The notes below the pieces were generated by a model. It searched no databases and was not told where the DNA came from. It was given only the letters and a program-made list of their open reading frames with translations. The position numbers and the translations under genes were made by a program. From the human T2T-CHM13v2.0 reference genome, Homo sapiens, in NCBI RefSeq assembly GCF_009914755.1, contig NC_060929.1: 64,000 bases of DNA. One strand, 5' to 3'. Positions 26,405 through 41,367 of this stretch are shown in pieces. Every line of letters starts with the position of its first letter. Within the stretch, counting starts at the first letter, position 1.

Positions 26405-26990
26405 ATGCATTCATTTCACAAATACTTACTATGCATGTTCTCTTATATTCCAGACGTTGTTCTGGCATAGAAGATGGTAACAGTGAACACAGCAACATCT
26501 GTTCTGCCCTGAACTTATAGTCTATAGTTGAGAGATCAACCATGAACTTGTAAATTTTTTAAAAAGATAATTTCAGTTAATGGTGAGTTGTTAAGGAAAA
26601 AATAAATGGAGCAATGGCATAGAGAGAGTAACTTTGGAGAGAGATAAGGAAAGAACCCTTTACATGGACCTGTCTGAAAAGATCTCTCTGGAAAGGGGAC
26701 ATTTGAATTGGAGCATGAAGTGGGGGAAGAAGCTTGAACGGTGGCCAGGAGGGTGAGGGGCATTCTGAGTGAAGAGTGGTCAGGGTACAGGCTTGAAGAG
26801 AGAGTGTTCTCAGTATAGCGCAGGGTTAGAGAGAAAGGTCAGTGGGGCTGGACTTCATGACAAGACAGGGAAACTGTCCTATAAGATCAGTTTGGTAAGG
26901 AAAGCAGGATATATTTGATAGTCTTCTAGAGAACATAATTTACTATGTTTTGATATTATAGTGGGAAGTCACTGGATCTGAGGCATGGAA
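26405..26990 (-). mobile_element. L2 fragment
   Basis: CATTCATTTCACAAATACTTACT...AACTTATAGTCTATAG...GACATTTGAATTGGAGCATGAAG...GGGAAGTCACTGGA. Confidence 0.6.
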
Positions 26991-27074
26991 GTACATCTAC
27001 TTTGTTATTAAATTTCTGGAAATGGCCAAAAATCGTAGTAATTTTATACGTACTCTTAAAATAGGATAAAGTCA

Positions 27075-27410
<336 letters not shown>

Positions 27411-27698
27411 TCAAGCCTCCTAAGTCATGTTCAGTTTACATATTGGGGAAAACCCCAAAGTTACACTCAGTCATCACTTCAATGCAAGAAGCATGTATAA
27501 TTACAAAAGTTCTCAGGCAGTCTTTTGAAAGATACAATACTGATGAAGAAATAGTTTCTGTCTCAAGTAAGCTGCATGCTATTAGAGAAAGAAGCTATAT
27601 ATAATTACCTATGATATACAATTTTAATGAAATAAATTCTGTATTGGAAGCCTAAAGGAAAACCCGGCAAATTCTGAATAACATTAAACATTTATTCT

Positions 27699-27985
27699 TT
27701 TTTAAAAAATTTTATTATTATACTTTAAGTTTTAGGGTACATGTGCACAACATGCAGGTTTGTTACATATGTATACATGTGCCATGTTGGTGTGCTGCAC
27801 CCATTAACTCGTCATTTAGCATTAGATATATCTCCTAATGCTATCCCTCCCCGCTCCCCGCATCCCACAACAGGCCCCGATGTGTGATGTTCCCCTTCCT
27901 GTGTCCATGTGTTCTCATTGTTCAGTTCCCACCTATGAGTGAGAACATGCGGTGTTTGGTTTTTTGTCCTTGCAATAGTTTGCTG
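27699..27985 (-). mobile_element. 5'-truncated young L1PA (PA3/PA4-like) 3' UTR
   Basis: TTATTATACTTTAAGTTTTAGGGTACATGTGCACAAC...GAGAACATGCGGTGTTTGG; 18 bp TSD ACATTAAAC(A/T)TTTATTCT at 27681-27698 and 27986-28003. Confidence 0.95.
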
Positions 27986-28003
27986 ACATTAAACTTTTAT
28001 TCT

Positions 28004-28780
28004 ACAAATATGTTTTGATTGCCTGGCACATATCAGAAAGGATACAATGGTGAACAAAACATGCCTGGCTCTTGCTCTTAATGAGTTTGTAGTTCAATTG
28101 GGGAGGCAGGAATTAAATATGAAATATAGTCACAAATTGGAATAAATGCAAAAAGCAGGAAAGAATAGCACTTAAGACAGTATCTGGCGCATAGACACCC
28201 AGTAAATACCAGTTGAATAAATTGTTGTTTATAGAAGAAAAACAGGGATTAACATGCCTTAGAGACAGCATGTTCAGAAAAAACCTCCCCGAGGATTTAC
28301 CGATAAAGGTGAGGTCAGAAGAAGTGAAGGAATAATCATTTCAAAAGATTTGGAGATGGGATGGCTTCTAAGCAGAGGGTCCAGTATATAGAGATCCAAG
28401 GATGGAAAAGAGTTCTAGAATGTGTCATAAAGACAGAGACATGATGTTAGAGAGGAAGAGAATGGTGAAATAGGGTAGAGTATTGCAGGTCATGAGAAGT
28501 TATAAGTCAGTATGTAAGCCATTGTGGGGCTTTGTATGTTTAGAAGATCATCCTAATTTCTGCAAAACGAATTGACTCTGCGGGGATAAGAGATGATGTT
28601 TGTGATGATATTGTATGAAATTAGATTAAAAGATGATGGTGATTTAGGCTAAGATAGTGAGAGTGCAGATGGATGAAAGTGGCTGAATCAAAAGGGTTTG
28701 CAGAGGCAGCCACTGGATATAGTGGAATGGTGCACCTTCTGTCTTCCAGGTATTTAAGCTAAAAGCTTGGAGTTATCCTT
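28004..28780 (-). mobile_element. L2 fragments
   Basis: GGATACAATGGTGAACAAAACATG...AGTTTGTAGTTC...GATGATGGTGATTTAGGCTAAGATAGTG. Confidence 0.55.
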
Positions 28781-28782
28781 AA

Positions 28783-29164
<382 letters not shown>

Positions 29165-29279
29165 AGTTTCCCATATCTTTTGAAGAATTGAAACTCTTAA
29201 GCCCCTAAAAGCTCTTCCCGCTTATTAAATTTATAAATCATTCCCCTACAAGTGTCCCCTTTAGTTAATCTAAGCTGCC

Positions 29280-29680
29280 TCACTGGCCTTCTCCCAGCAT
29301 TCAAATAAAATAATCACACTACCTCATGGTATTTTCCCTAGCTGTTCCCTCTAGCTGGAATGCTCATTCCCTAGATAGACACTTGAAGATTTTACTTCCT
29401 TTAGCTCTTGGCTGAAATAGCACCTAAACAGTGAGGTCTTCCCTAGTCACTTATTTCCTTATGTCCTGACCCTCCTTCTCGGTATACTCTATCCTGTTTC
29501 TCTGCTTTATTTTCTTTTTAGTGTTTATCAGTATTTAACAAAGTATATATTTTGTTTAGTTTTAGCTTTTTTGGCTTGTCTTCCCACTAAAATAAGAGAA
29601 CTGGGTCTTGTTATTTGTTTATTACCATATCCGTGATGTCTAAAATCGTGACCAATATATGTTGGTTGAATGAATAAATA
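29280..29680 (+). mobile_element. L2 3' end
   Basis: GCTGTTCCCTCTAGCTGGAATGCTC...GAGGTCTTCCCT...TTGTCTTCCCACTAAAAT...GTTGAATGAATAAAT. Confidence 0.7.
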
Positions 29681-29937
29681 CATGACAATAGTTGGAGAAA
29701 GGAGTTAGTACCTTCCAGAATAAATGTTGTTATAATAACTAAAGTTGACTGGCCATTTGAAAACAGGTCAGTTGTTGAGTTATTGGCTTCATGCAACAAC
29801 AACCCCTGTGGGAGATGAGTCTGGGTAGATAGAATTGGGACTGGTTGGAAGAATCTTGAATACCTTGTCAAGAAGTTTGGACATGGTCTTATGGAGAGTT
29901 AGAATCCATTAGAAAATTTTTAAAGAGAAGGGTGGTG

Positions 29938-30382
<445 letters not shown>

Positions 30383-30739
30383 CTATGAGATGTATGAGAA
30401 ATGTTGAAGCTGAAAATTGTTTTAAAAATAGAAATAGAAAGAAGAGGAAGAGATATGGGGGATAGAAATTATGAGTTCTTGCTTATAGTAGTGATTACTT
30501 TTGGATTTAAAGACATTCTTTCTCATTAAGACAATTTCTTTAGTTTTTCATATCCCTAATTCCTCATAAAGCATTTGTGTCAGTGGATGGTCTTGAACAT
30601 TGAAATCTACCCTGAGTACTCTAGTACCATTTATTATAAAACAAATTATGTTACTGTCCTGGCTAAAGCATCTAAAACTTTCCTGAAATGTTTTTCAGGA
30701 GCAAGTTCACTGGATTTTTAGAAAATCTCCGTTCTTTTT

Positions 30740-31105
30740 GTTTCTGTCACTTACCAGACATATGACCTTGAGTATGTCATTTAACTTCTCTAAATGTTGT
30801 TTCCTTATAGTATAAAAGAACATCTTGGGAAGAGGATACCAGTGACTTATATTCAAATAGCCAAAGTGTTGTCATAATTATAATAGCCAGCCTTAACTGA
30901 GTGCTTGATAAATGACCAGCCTTGTGTCCATCAAATCCTCATAGTAACACTATCAGTTTGGCATCATTGGTTAAATATTCCTGTTTTACAGTTGAGGAAA
31001 CTGAGATGTAGAGAAGGTATTCTGTTTACATAGGGACGCTTAGTTATTGGTGAAGTCTGGATTTGAATCCAGTCTGTCTGACTCCAGATCTTACACTTTT
31101 AAAAG
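30740..31105. mobile_element. Two opposed MIR fragments
   Basis: TGACCTTGAGTATGTCATTTAACTTCTCT (+) and TTTTACAGTTGAGGAAACTGAG...GGATTTGAATCCAGTCTGTCTGACTCCAGA (-). Confidence 0.65.
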
Positions 31106-31619
31106 CTATATGCTTGCTGGGGTAGAAGTAGAAGACTTGTAGCAGTTCCAACTGAATATAAGGAAGAGCTTTCAAAAGGCAGAGTGAGAACGAGCTGTTT
31201 TCACAGAGAGTAGTCTCTCCCTGTCATAACACAGCTTCAAGCAGAGACTGGGCACTCATGAGTATCCAGTGCTTCCATTCCACCAAGTGTTTGGCAAGGA
31301 GATCCAATACCTAAAATGGTAGCTGAACTAGATGGCTTTGAATTCCTTCATGCTTTAGATTAGATGCTCCAAATCTGAGGATCCAGGAGACAACAGCAAT
31401 GCTCATGATAATTTCTGTTTCCTCTTATTTGCTATAGCATTTGAGGTCCATAGCAATTTTCTAGCATTTCTCACTTAACGTTCTTATGTTTGTAGCTTAT
31501 TCCTCTATCAAAATTTTGAGGACAGGGAGTACGTTTCATTCTTCCATGTTTTCTCTGATGCGTAGACATAAGTTTTGGTCACTACAGGCTTTTAAGTAGT
31601 ATTGTGTATGTATTACCTA

Positions 31620-31988
<369 letters not shown>

Positions 31989-33949
31989 TTAATTCTACTT
32001 AAATATCAGTTGAAAGAAGAAATTATTTCAAAAATTAATGGCTAAATCTGAAAGGTCCTATCAACTGGCAACTCTTTCAGGATAGAAAGATGGACAGATA
32101 GTGCCTATGAGATTATGATCATGGCCCTTTAACTGCCCTCAACGCATGAATGTACCTACAGAAGTGAGGACATGGAAAGTCTAAATCTCTTCATCCCACT
32201 TGAGAAAGATGAATTTACAATGTAGGATATTCTGTCATCTTAAGATAATCAAAAACTAGACTTTTCTTTGTTGGGCGCGAAGAAGGAAGATGGAGAACCT
32301 CTTCTGTTTGCAAGATATATTTTGAAAGAGTGTGAATACAATGATGGCAAATGCAACTCTTCAAGAGATGCACCATTGAAATAAAAGTGGTAAAAGTGAG
32401 ACCCATTAAATGTGAGCACCGTTGAGTCAAGCTGCATATAATTATCACAGAAGATAATACGGAAGCAGAGAATGTTGTTAATGATTTCTCAGAGCCCAAG
32501 TGGTGTGGAAAACAACTCTGAGTGCATTTACTCCTCCTTTTGTGTAGCCTATCACAATGTAAAATTGAGGGGGCACCTGGCATTAAATACTGTATTTACG
32601 AAAATGCAGTAAAAAAATCAAGATAGCATTTAGTGTATTGTTCTTCCACAAAAGAGAGAGAAGGAAAAAAAATTGCCTTTATCGACCAACGTATTCCAAT
32701 TATGATGTTTTATTTAAATAATCACCAACGGGCAATTTGTTCAAAGTTATTTCTATATTCCCAGCATGAAATAATCCCCTATCCACTCAAGTTTTTTTAT
32801 GACTCTAAGATGGGATAAGTAGAACCATAATTACAGGAAAAAAATTTGGGCGTTACGATTCTAGTCCAAAGTGTTGGGGCATTCACTTTCGTGGCCTCGG
32901 CAGTACCGTTTGTCTTTGTTGAGGCTCTATTTTCCCCCTCACTTTAGCTATGATTTCCTTATGGTATTTTAAATTAATTATCAATACCTTTTATGCCTTT
33001 TTATGTTTTTGTTCTATATTTGTATGGATAGCTCTTGCTATTCTTTGTCAAAATTGCTTCCTGTGCCTCACGTGCCTCTGAACTACAGTTGGATCATGAT
33101 GAGGGTTTCTTTGCTGGTAACTGCACCCGCCTCAACAGAAACAGGCTTTGTTCCCTGGAGAACAGCTTTGTGACTACTGAACCAGAAGCTTCAGTGTTGC
33201 AGGGGAAGGGTCGGAAGATGCAAATTCATGTTTGTTTGGCAGTGGACGCTTGGCTCTGCCCCAGTTTCATCCCCATGAGTAGCATGCGTTTATTCCTTGG
33301 GATTCTTAATGTGACCTATCACTTCAGGAATATCCTGTGCAGAATTTTATTTGCTTGTACTGGGTTGAGTTCATAAACACTAATCACACAAAAAAACCTA
33401 ATTAGCGCAACAATGAAAATGGAAAGACTGAACATCTGAGTACTTATGAATAGTCTTTCAGTGTCGTTGATTCCGTTAGTTATCTTGTATATTTTATGTC
33501 CTACTTATTACAGTAAAATAATAATATTCTGTAGAGACACACTTATCAAGGAAGCCAGGAAGAGAAGATACTGGCTATAGAGGTTATGGCTGAGTCCCAA
33601 ACTGAAGAGACAAATTGATCCTCAGAGTTACATGAAAATACAAGTGATAAACGTGGTAAGAAGTTTGTTTAAAAGGTAAAGGGGAATTAAAGAAAAAATG
33701 GATGTGAATTTAAACCCCAGAAACAGTAGTGCGTGGACTGGAAATTTCAAAATGAATTCATAAGCCATCAACAAAGATTAAAGCAATATAACAGTGTTAT
33801 GGGCATTAAGTAAAATGGATAAAGAGAGGAAAAGTAATCAGAGAAAGTCTTTCCATAACAGGAAAACTAGGCTGAATTACTAATGGATTAGTAAGGCAAA
33901 TCAGAGAAAATGGGAGGGGGAACACTCTTATTGCTTCAGGATTCTAGCC

Positions 33950-34142
33950 TCACGCCTTTCTTTCTGTGAGACCCCTACAACTGCTTACTTCACCTCTTAG
34001 CCTCGATTTTCTCAGCTGCAAAGTAAGCACAATGTTAGCACCTCTCGTAAGATTATTTAATGAGATGATGTTCAGATAAAGTTCTTAAAGCAAGGCCTAG
34101 TATATATTGTGGTAGTTGTTGTTATTATTATTATCATTATTG
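33950..34142 (+). mobile_element. MIR
   Basis: TTACTTCACCTCTTAGCCTCGATTTTCTCAGCTGCAAAG...TTTAATGAGATGATG. Confidence 0.6.
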
Positions 34143-34729
34143 GAAAAATAAATATTTTAGATTACCTGATCAGTGAGCCATGTTCTTCCGAAGTCTTTCA
34201 ACTGAAAAGTCATTAAAAGAAATTATATGTCCTTGGGCCAGCTAAAATAGGACATGATCGTTGAAGGACAGGCAAATGGCAACACTGCAACTGAGTAGAG
34301 GACTTCCAGTGAGGTGGAAGAGAGAGGAGAGTTGCCAGTGGCCTTCTAGAGGATATGTTTGTTGTTCTTGTCCCTTTGCTCCAGGGGGAAGGATGGGGAT
34401 CAATCAACATGACAGGGAAGGTATGTCTTTAAGAGTAGGTCTCAAAACAACAAGGCTGCAATAAACCTGCCTCTTAGAAAATCAAAGAGATTTAGAGAAT
34501 CTACATCAGCTTTCTAGGCTCATGAGTCCAGTGGGTACCTTGGCTTCACTCTGTATGGCAGCAATATTAGAAAAAAATAGTTCAAATGGAGTTATAATGA
34601 AGACATTAAGTCAGGGATATAGATTACCTTGCCTACATCAGATTATGAGTTGATATACATATGTATTTTGTAACTAAATATATAGCATGTAAATATTTAA
34701 ATAAGAATACACTAATAAATATACCTTAT

Positions 34730-34962
34730 ATTTATTGAATCTTTCCTGTGTGCCAGATATTATAAGTGCTTTTATGAATTGTTTTATTTATTGTTCCACC
34801 ATACCCTGATAATGCAGAATACTTTCATTATTCCAATTTTGACAATGGGAAAATTAAAATGAAGACAGGTTAAGTAGCTTACTAAAGTTCACTTAGTTAG
34901 GAAAGGGTGGAGTTGGGTTCTAGCCCAGAGTGTCTGCAACTGGCCCCATAATCTTAACCAAA
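34730..34962 (-). mobile_element. MIR
   Basis: TTTATTGAATCTTTCCTGTGTGCCAG...AGGTTAAGTAGCTTACTAAAG...TCTTAACCA. Confidence 0.65.
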
Positions 34963-35696
34963 CTTAAAAACTGACCTTTAGCAGATCCATGATCACCATA
35001 TAGATTTGACTGAATGACAGTAAAATTTTCTTAAAATATGCCTTCAATGTTCCTGTTGAAAGAATTTGCCTTTTGAAAATAAAACAATTTCTTTCCAGAT
35101 ACACTTAATGGCATAAAATTATTAAGTAACATCGACACTAGCTCTACCTCTTTCTCTGAAAATTAGAGCTAAGTGACGTTTTCAGACTTTTCTAGGTAGA
35201 CAATGTACTTGCTATTCCAGGAATTCTCATTCAATAGTGCATTTTCTCTTTCTTTGTCTCTCTTTCCTTTTCTTCCTCTCTTGTTTTTTCCTTCCTTTTT
35301 TCTTTTGTTCTCATAAATTCATGGAAGTCTGTCAAAGTTGTGATAGCATGCTACGACACATTATATTTTTGCTAGTCATGAACTCCGTTACAACATATTA
35401 TCTGGTTTGCAGGTCATATTATTTGAAGGAACATGCTTTGCTGAAATCTTAAAAGGATACCAAATTGAAGCTCTGATTTGCAAGCATTTTGCAATCGTCA
35501 CTCAAGCCATATTTGTCTTTTGAAATCAGAATTTATGGAGGACTTGTAGCCTTAAAATCTAACAGGAGAAGAAGTTGACAGAATCGTTGATGATATTTAA
35601 CTCAAATTTCATAGCAAGTATTTTGTGTATTGCCAGATCAGAACCTCTCAGGTTATCATAAATAGGGCTTGACTATTTTATTAATAGCTTGGTTGG

Positions 35697-36118
35697 TGTA
35701 GTAGTCCATTCTCACATTGCTATGAAGAAATACCTGAGATAAAGAAAGGAAAAGAAAAGAAAAGATGTTTAAGTGGCTCATGGTTCTGTAGGCTGTACAG
35801 GCAGCATGGCAGCATCTGCTTCTGAGGAGGCCTCAGGGAGCTTTGACTCATGGCAGAAGGCAAAGCAGGAGCAGGCACTTCACATGGGGAAAGCAGGAGC
35901 AAAGAGAGGGGAAGAGAGGTGCCACACATTTTAAAATGACCAGATCTCATGAGAACTCACTCACTGTTGTGAGGAAAGTACCAAGAGGATGGCACTAAAC
36001 CATTCATGAGAACTCCGCCCCCATGATTTATTTAATCACCTCCCACCAGGCCTGACCTCCAACACTGGGGGTTACATTTCAACATGAGATTTGAGCAGGG
36101 ACACAGATCCAAATATCA
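35697..36118 (-). mobile_element. MSTA/MSTB solo LTR
   Basis: TGTAGTAGTCCATTCTCACATTGCTATGAAGAAATACCTGAG...ACACAGATCCAAATATCA; perfect 5 bp TSD GTTGG. Confidence 0.92.
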
Positions 36119-37344
36119 GTTGGCTGGCTAGCAACCTATGGCTTCGTGGCTTTTTAGGATACCTGTTTTATAAACACACACCCCTGCTTTCACCTCTACC
36201 ACTACTACCATTTCGTTTTGCATACAAAAGAATAAAGCCTAGTTTATCACAGCGATTTCACAATTAGCACCACAGATGAGACTCATCTTTTTTTTTTTAA
36301 CTCCTTTGTTTGAAAGATGAGCCAACTAAAGCTAAAAAAGTGACTTGTGAAAGGTGATACAAATCCTTAGAGGTTCAGCCAAGTTCCAAATTCTAATCTT
36401 TCAAAATCCATCCCAGCTATTTCCACCATCTTATCCAAACAAATCCAACTAATCAAGTTGCTGGTATAATGCTAGTGTTTATTAATCATGAGGGCTCTCC
36501 TTCTGTGTATTGTTCTCAGGGACCTTATGAATAAAAATGCTGGTTCTCAAGGGGAGTGAGATATGTTGAGCTAGGTGTGCTGGGCTGTGTTCAGCACCCT
36601 GTCAGCAGTCCTAATAGAGATACTATCATGACCCCCTCCCTGCTTTATAAATTAAGAAACCAAGACTTAATAGGCTAACTAACTATCTCAGACCACACAA
36701 TAGTAAGTCATGGAGTTTCCTTGTAATCCCATCTTATTGATGCCAGACTCTATACAGTGCTGCCTCCCTTGTCTCATGCTAGAACACATATAAATGGTGC
36801 CTGCACATTTACAAAAATTCATCCATTGGCTCATCCAATGTTCTTTTCATTTCTCCTTTTTTTTTTTTTTTTTTTTTTTTCCGGTCAGGGTAAGGGTCTA
36901 GGATAAAGGGTGGATGCAGTGATTTGTAGTTTCTCTGTTTTTTGCTGGCTGGCCACATTCTATAGCAAGCTGATCTCAACGAGCCCTACTTGGGAGAGCT
37001 GCTTGGAGTGTGTACCAAGCTGGGGCAGCCATAGCCTTTGATTAAGAGGATAAAAAGGCATCTCTGGTTCCTGTGGTTTTTTTTTTTTCTTTGCTTTTGT
37101 TCTTGTCCACAGGAGTGGTGGGGATGGATACTGAAGAGGCTCAGTAGGCTGAATGTGAAGAAAGTTGAAGAAAGCCCCTCTGTTATCTAAGGAATAAAAA
37201 TCACATGTCAGAAGTTTACAAATGGAAATTTGAGCAGAACGGTAGAGAATTCCAAGGCTCCTTATACTCTTTCTAATCAGCAGTTACAAAGCATAGTCCA
37301 GCAAACTTAAATGCCAGCATATCAAAACTCCCTGTCTTATCATA

Positions 37345-37891
<547 letters not shown>

Positions 37892-38959
37892 TAGTGTACG
37901 TAAGACATACAGCAGGGACAAGAAAAATGAAAGCAAGCAAGTTTACAATTTGTTTCCCCTTAACAATTAAGAAAAAAATTAAACTCTATCAACATAATTA
38001 TTCACCTTTATTAAGCAGTCAACATTTTCAGGCAGAACTAGTTTGTAATTTGACATATTCACCCGTTCATTCAAGAAGTATATAGTAACTATATAACACA
38101 ATAAGTAAGAGATGTTTTCAGCCAACTTAAAATTCAAATACAAGGAAGAGACATGTTAAAAGCTGATTTATAATGAAGAGGCATAAGTGCTGGAATAGAG
38201 ATATCCATAAAATGATTTGGGAATGTAAAGGGGGAAATAATTATTTGTAAAAATGTTGGCCAAGGTTTTGCAGAGGAATTGACAGTTGAGTTGGGTTTTG
38301 TGGAATGAGCAGTCATCTTCCAGAAGATGAATGGGATAACTCTAAAGCAGATGAAACCCATTGTGTGAAAGCTTGACGTTGCAAAAAGACGTGATCCATG
38401 GAAGGAAAGGTAGATAGTTCAAAGTAGTGGGGTGATGTCAAGGAGTGGTATGACAAAGGAGGCTAAGTGCTGGCCTTGGAAATGTAGTTGAGATTATAAA
38501 AGGTTCATACCAAAATGTGACCAATTTCAAATTCCAATCTCAATATGTGTTTTATTATAAATCAGTGAGATTAATTTTCTGTGGTTCATCATTAAAAAAA
38601 TACTTTGCAATAGTGTTAAACAAGGTTAGGTAAAATCAAAAGTTGTTCCAAAATTATCTTGGATCTGGGTAGACATTTGTAATACAATCTTGAAAGCATA
38701 AAATGAAATTTTGTGATTTCTCACTGGATTACAAAATCAGTTGGACAATCTCATAATTAAAATGTCTATATTGTTACAAAAGGTCAACATGCTGTACTTA
38801 TTACTGTATCTGGATTATATGCCCACTGTGGTTATTCAGCGGGCTATAGCAGAACGTTACAAAGTTTCTTATTATTGTTGTTTGCTTCTGCTTTTCCTAC
38901 CCTCTACCCACAGGACTAAAGGGTTTTTGTTTGTTTGCTTCCTATATTTATTTATTTCC

Positions 38960-39350
38960 CCACCCCATGGAACTAAGATGGCTTTATCAACCCTAACAAT
39001 GAAAAGTCTCAGTGATTTAAACAACACATTCATTCTCACTTACATTCGTGTCCATTACGGGTTAACTAGGAACTTCACTCCCCACTGTCCTTGCTCCGAC
39101 ATACAGCCTGATGGAAACTTCACCATCTGGGCCACTACAAGTTGCAGAAGCAATTAAAATAGAACGTGGGGAGAATCATGATCTTTCTTATTAAAGGCTA
39201 GCTGTAAGGGTAATAAATGTTACCCTTGCTGGTATTTCATTGGCTAAAATATATCACGTGGTTTTCCCTTCTTTTAAAAGAGACTAAGGCAGTACAGTCC
39301 TACAGTGTGTCTTGAGGGAAGGTAACCCCAATTATATGGGGACCACACTA
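38960..39350 (-). mobile_element. Old MLT1 (J/K/L-like) LTR fragment
   Basis: CAGTGATTTAAACAACACATTCATTCTCAC...ATTTCATTGGCTAAAATATATCACGTGG. Confidence 0.45.
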
Positions 39351-39362
39351 CCTTGCTTGCTA

Positions 39363-41367
39363 TGTATTAGTTAGCATGGTCTTTTGTCAAAGAAGCAGGA
39401 ACTGGGTGGCTTAAATAACAGAAATTTATTTGTTCACAGTTCTGGAGGCTAGAAGTCTCAGATAAGGGTGCAGACATGCTCAGGTTCTGGTGAGGACTCT
39501 TCCTGGCTTGCAGATGGCCCCGCTTTTGTTGCATTCACACGTGACAGAAAGAGAGAGTTCTGGTATCTTGTCCTCTTGTTTTAAGTCATCAGTTTCATTG
39601 GCTCCAACCTCATCACACCATTTAACCTTAATCATTCCCTATTTCCAATAGTCATTTGGGAAGATGAGGCTTCAGTATGCCAAGTTTAGGGGGACACAAT
39701 TCCATCCATAGCATTCCACCCTTGGTCTCCCTAGATTTGTGTTCTTCTTGCATAAAAAATACATTCATTGTATCTCAACAGTTCCAAAAGTCTTAACTCA
39801 TTCCAACAACAGCCCTAAAGTCTAAAGTCCAAACTCTCATCTAAATAGTATCTAAATCAGATATGAATGAGACTCAATGCATCTTAGAAAAATTCTCTCC
39901 TGCTGTAACACTGTGAAACCAGACAAGTTATATGCTTTCAAAATACAGTGATAGACAGTCGTAGACTAAAACTTCCCATTCCAAAAGGAAGAAATGATAA
40001 AGAAGGAAGGGCTGACAGATCTCTGTCCTCTTTAGCTGAAACTGGCAGTGTTGTTAATGTCATCTCTATTCCTGGTTTCCTGATGAGATGGCTGATTAAG
40101 TCCATGAGTCACTCCCATGCTGTCTTTATCAAATAAATGGTTGTTTAACCATACTCATAGTGTTGTCTTCAGAACAAGCTTTCTCATTCATTTATTCTTT
40201 TTTTTTTCAATATGCATGATATGAGGATTTTCCAGATCTTCAAATTCTGGCTTCTTTTTATTTAAAACTTCCTTTTTCAATTCATTTTTTTTTTTATTTT
40301 TTGCATTTTACTATAAGTAGTCAGGAGAAACAAAACCATTCTGCTATGGTATGTGTCTCCCAAAATTAATGTGTTGAAAACCTAATCTCCAGTGCAAAAG
40401 TGTGGGGACTTTTGAGAGGTGCTTACCCTCATGAATGAATTAACGCCGTTATAAAAGGGCTTGATGGAGATAGTTTTGTTTCTTTTTTATCCCTCTCACT
40501 TCCCATGATGTGAGGGCACAAGCAACACTTCCCTCTGGAATAACCATCTTGGGAGCAGAAGCAGCTCTCGTTACACGCTGAATGCCAGCACCTTGGTCTT
40601 GGACTCGACAACATATAGAACTATGAGAAATACATTTCTGTGCTTTATAAATTACCCAGGCTCAGGTATTTTGTTATAGCAGCACAAAACACACTAAGAC
40701 ACATTTCTTCAGCCCTTTGCCTAAAAATTTTCTCAGCCAAATACTCAATTGCATCACTTGTAAGTTCTACCTTCCACAAAACACTGGAACACAGATCAGC
40801 CAAATCCTTCGTCACTTTATAACAAGGACACCTTTCCTCCAATTTCTAATATTTCCATCTGAGACCTCATCAGAATTGCCCCTAACATCTGTATTTCTAT
40901 AATGCACCTCAAAGTGCTTCTAGCCTCTATCCACTACCAGTTCCAAAGTCACTTCTGTGTGTTTAGTTATTTGCTACAGCCACACTCTACTTCTTGGTAA
41001 TAAAATCTGTGTCACTTCCAGGGTGCAATAACAAAATATCACAGATTCGATGGCTTAAACAAGAGAAATTTATTTTTTAACAGTTCTGGAAGTCCAAGAT
41101 CAGGGTCCCAGCATGGTTGAGTTCTGGTAAGATCTCTCTCCATGACTTGCAAATGTCTACTTTCTTGCTATGCCCTCAGATGACAGAGAGAGGTTTGGTA
41201 TCCCTTCCTCTTCTTGTAAGGGCACCCTTCTATTGGATCAGTGCTTCCCTCTCATGATCTCATTTAACCTTAGTCACCTCCTTAAAGGCCCGCTCTCCAA
41301 TATACTAGCACTGGACTTTAGGGCTTCAGCTTATACATTTTGGTGGGACACCATTCAGTCCATGATA
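39363..41367 (-). mobile_element. MLT1A-class MaLR element, LTR-internal-LTR
   Basis: Two homologous LTRs (39363-39713 and 41008-41367; shared TGGCTTAAA..AGAAATTTATT..CAGTTCTGGA..GGACAC) flank MaLR-internal-like sequence (CCAAAAGTCTTAACTCATTCCA; CCAGTTCCAAAGTCACTTC). Confidence 0.8.
40342..40701 (+). mobile_element. MST-class solo LTR nested in the MLT1A internal region
   Basis: TGCTATGGT...ATAAATTACCCAGGCTCAGGTATTTTGTTATAGCAGCACAAAACACACTAAGACA; TSD CATTC/CATTT. Confidence 0.88.

Noticed and set aside
32215-32583. Purine-rich stretch resembling a coding exon or processed pseudogene
   Set aside because: I saw no sustained plus-strand frame, no recognisable protein on either strand, and no poly-A or TSD.
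36841-36895. Isolated poly-T followed by CAG-G-GTAAG (orphan retro-tail or splice element)
   Set aside because: No TSD or element body found, and a 1 nt spacing between acceptor and donor is not a credible exon.
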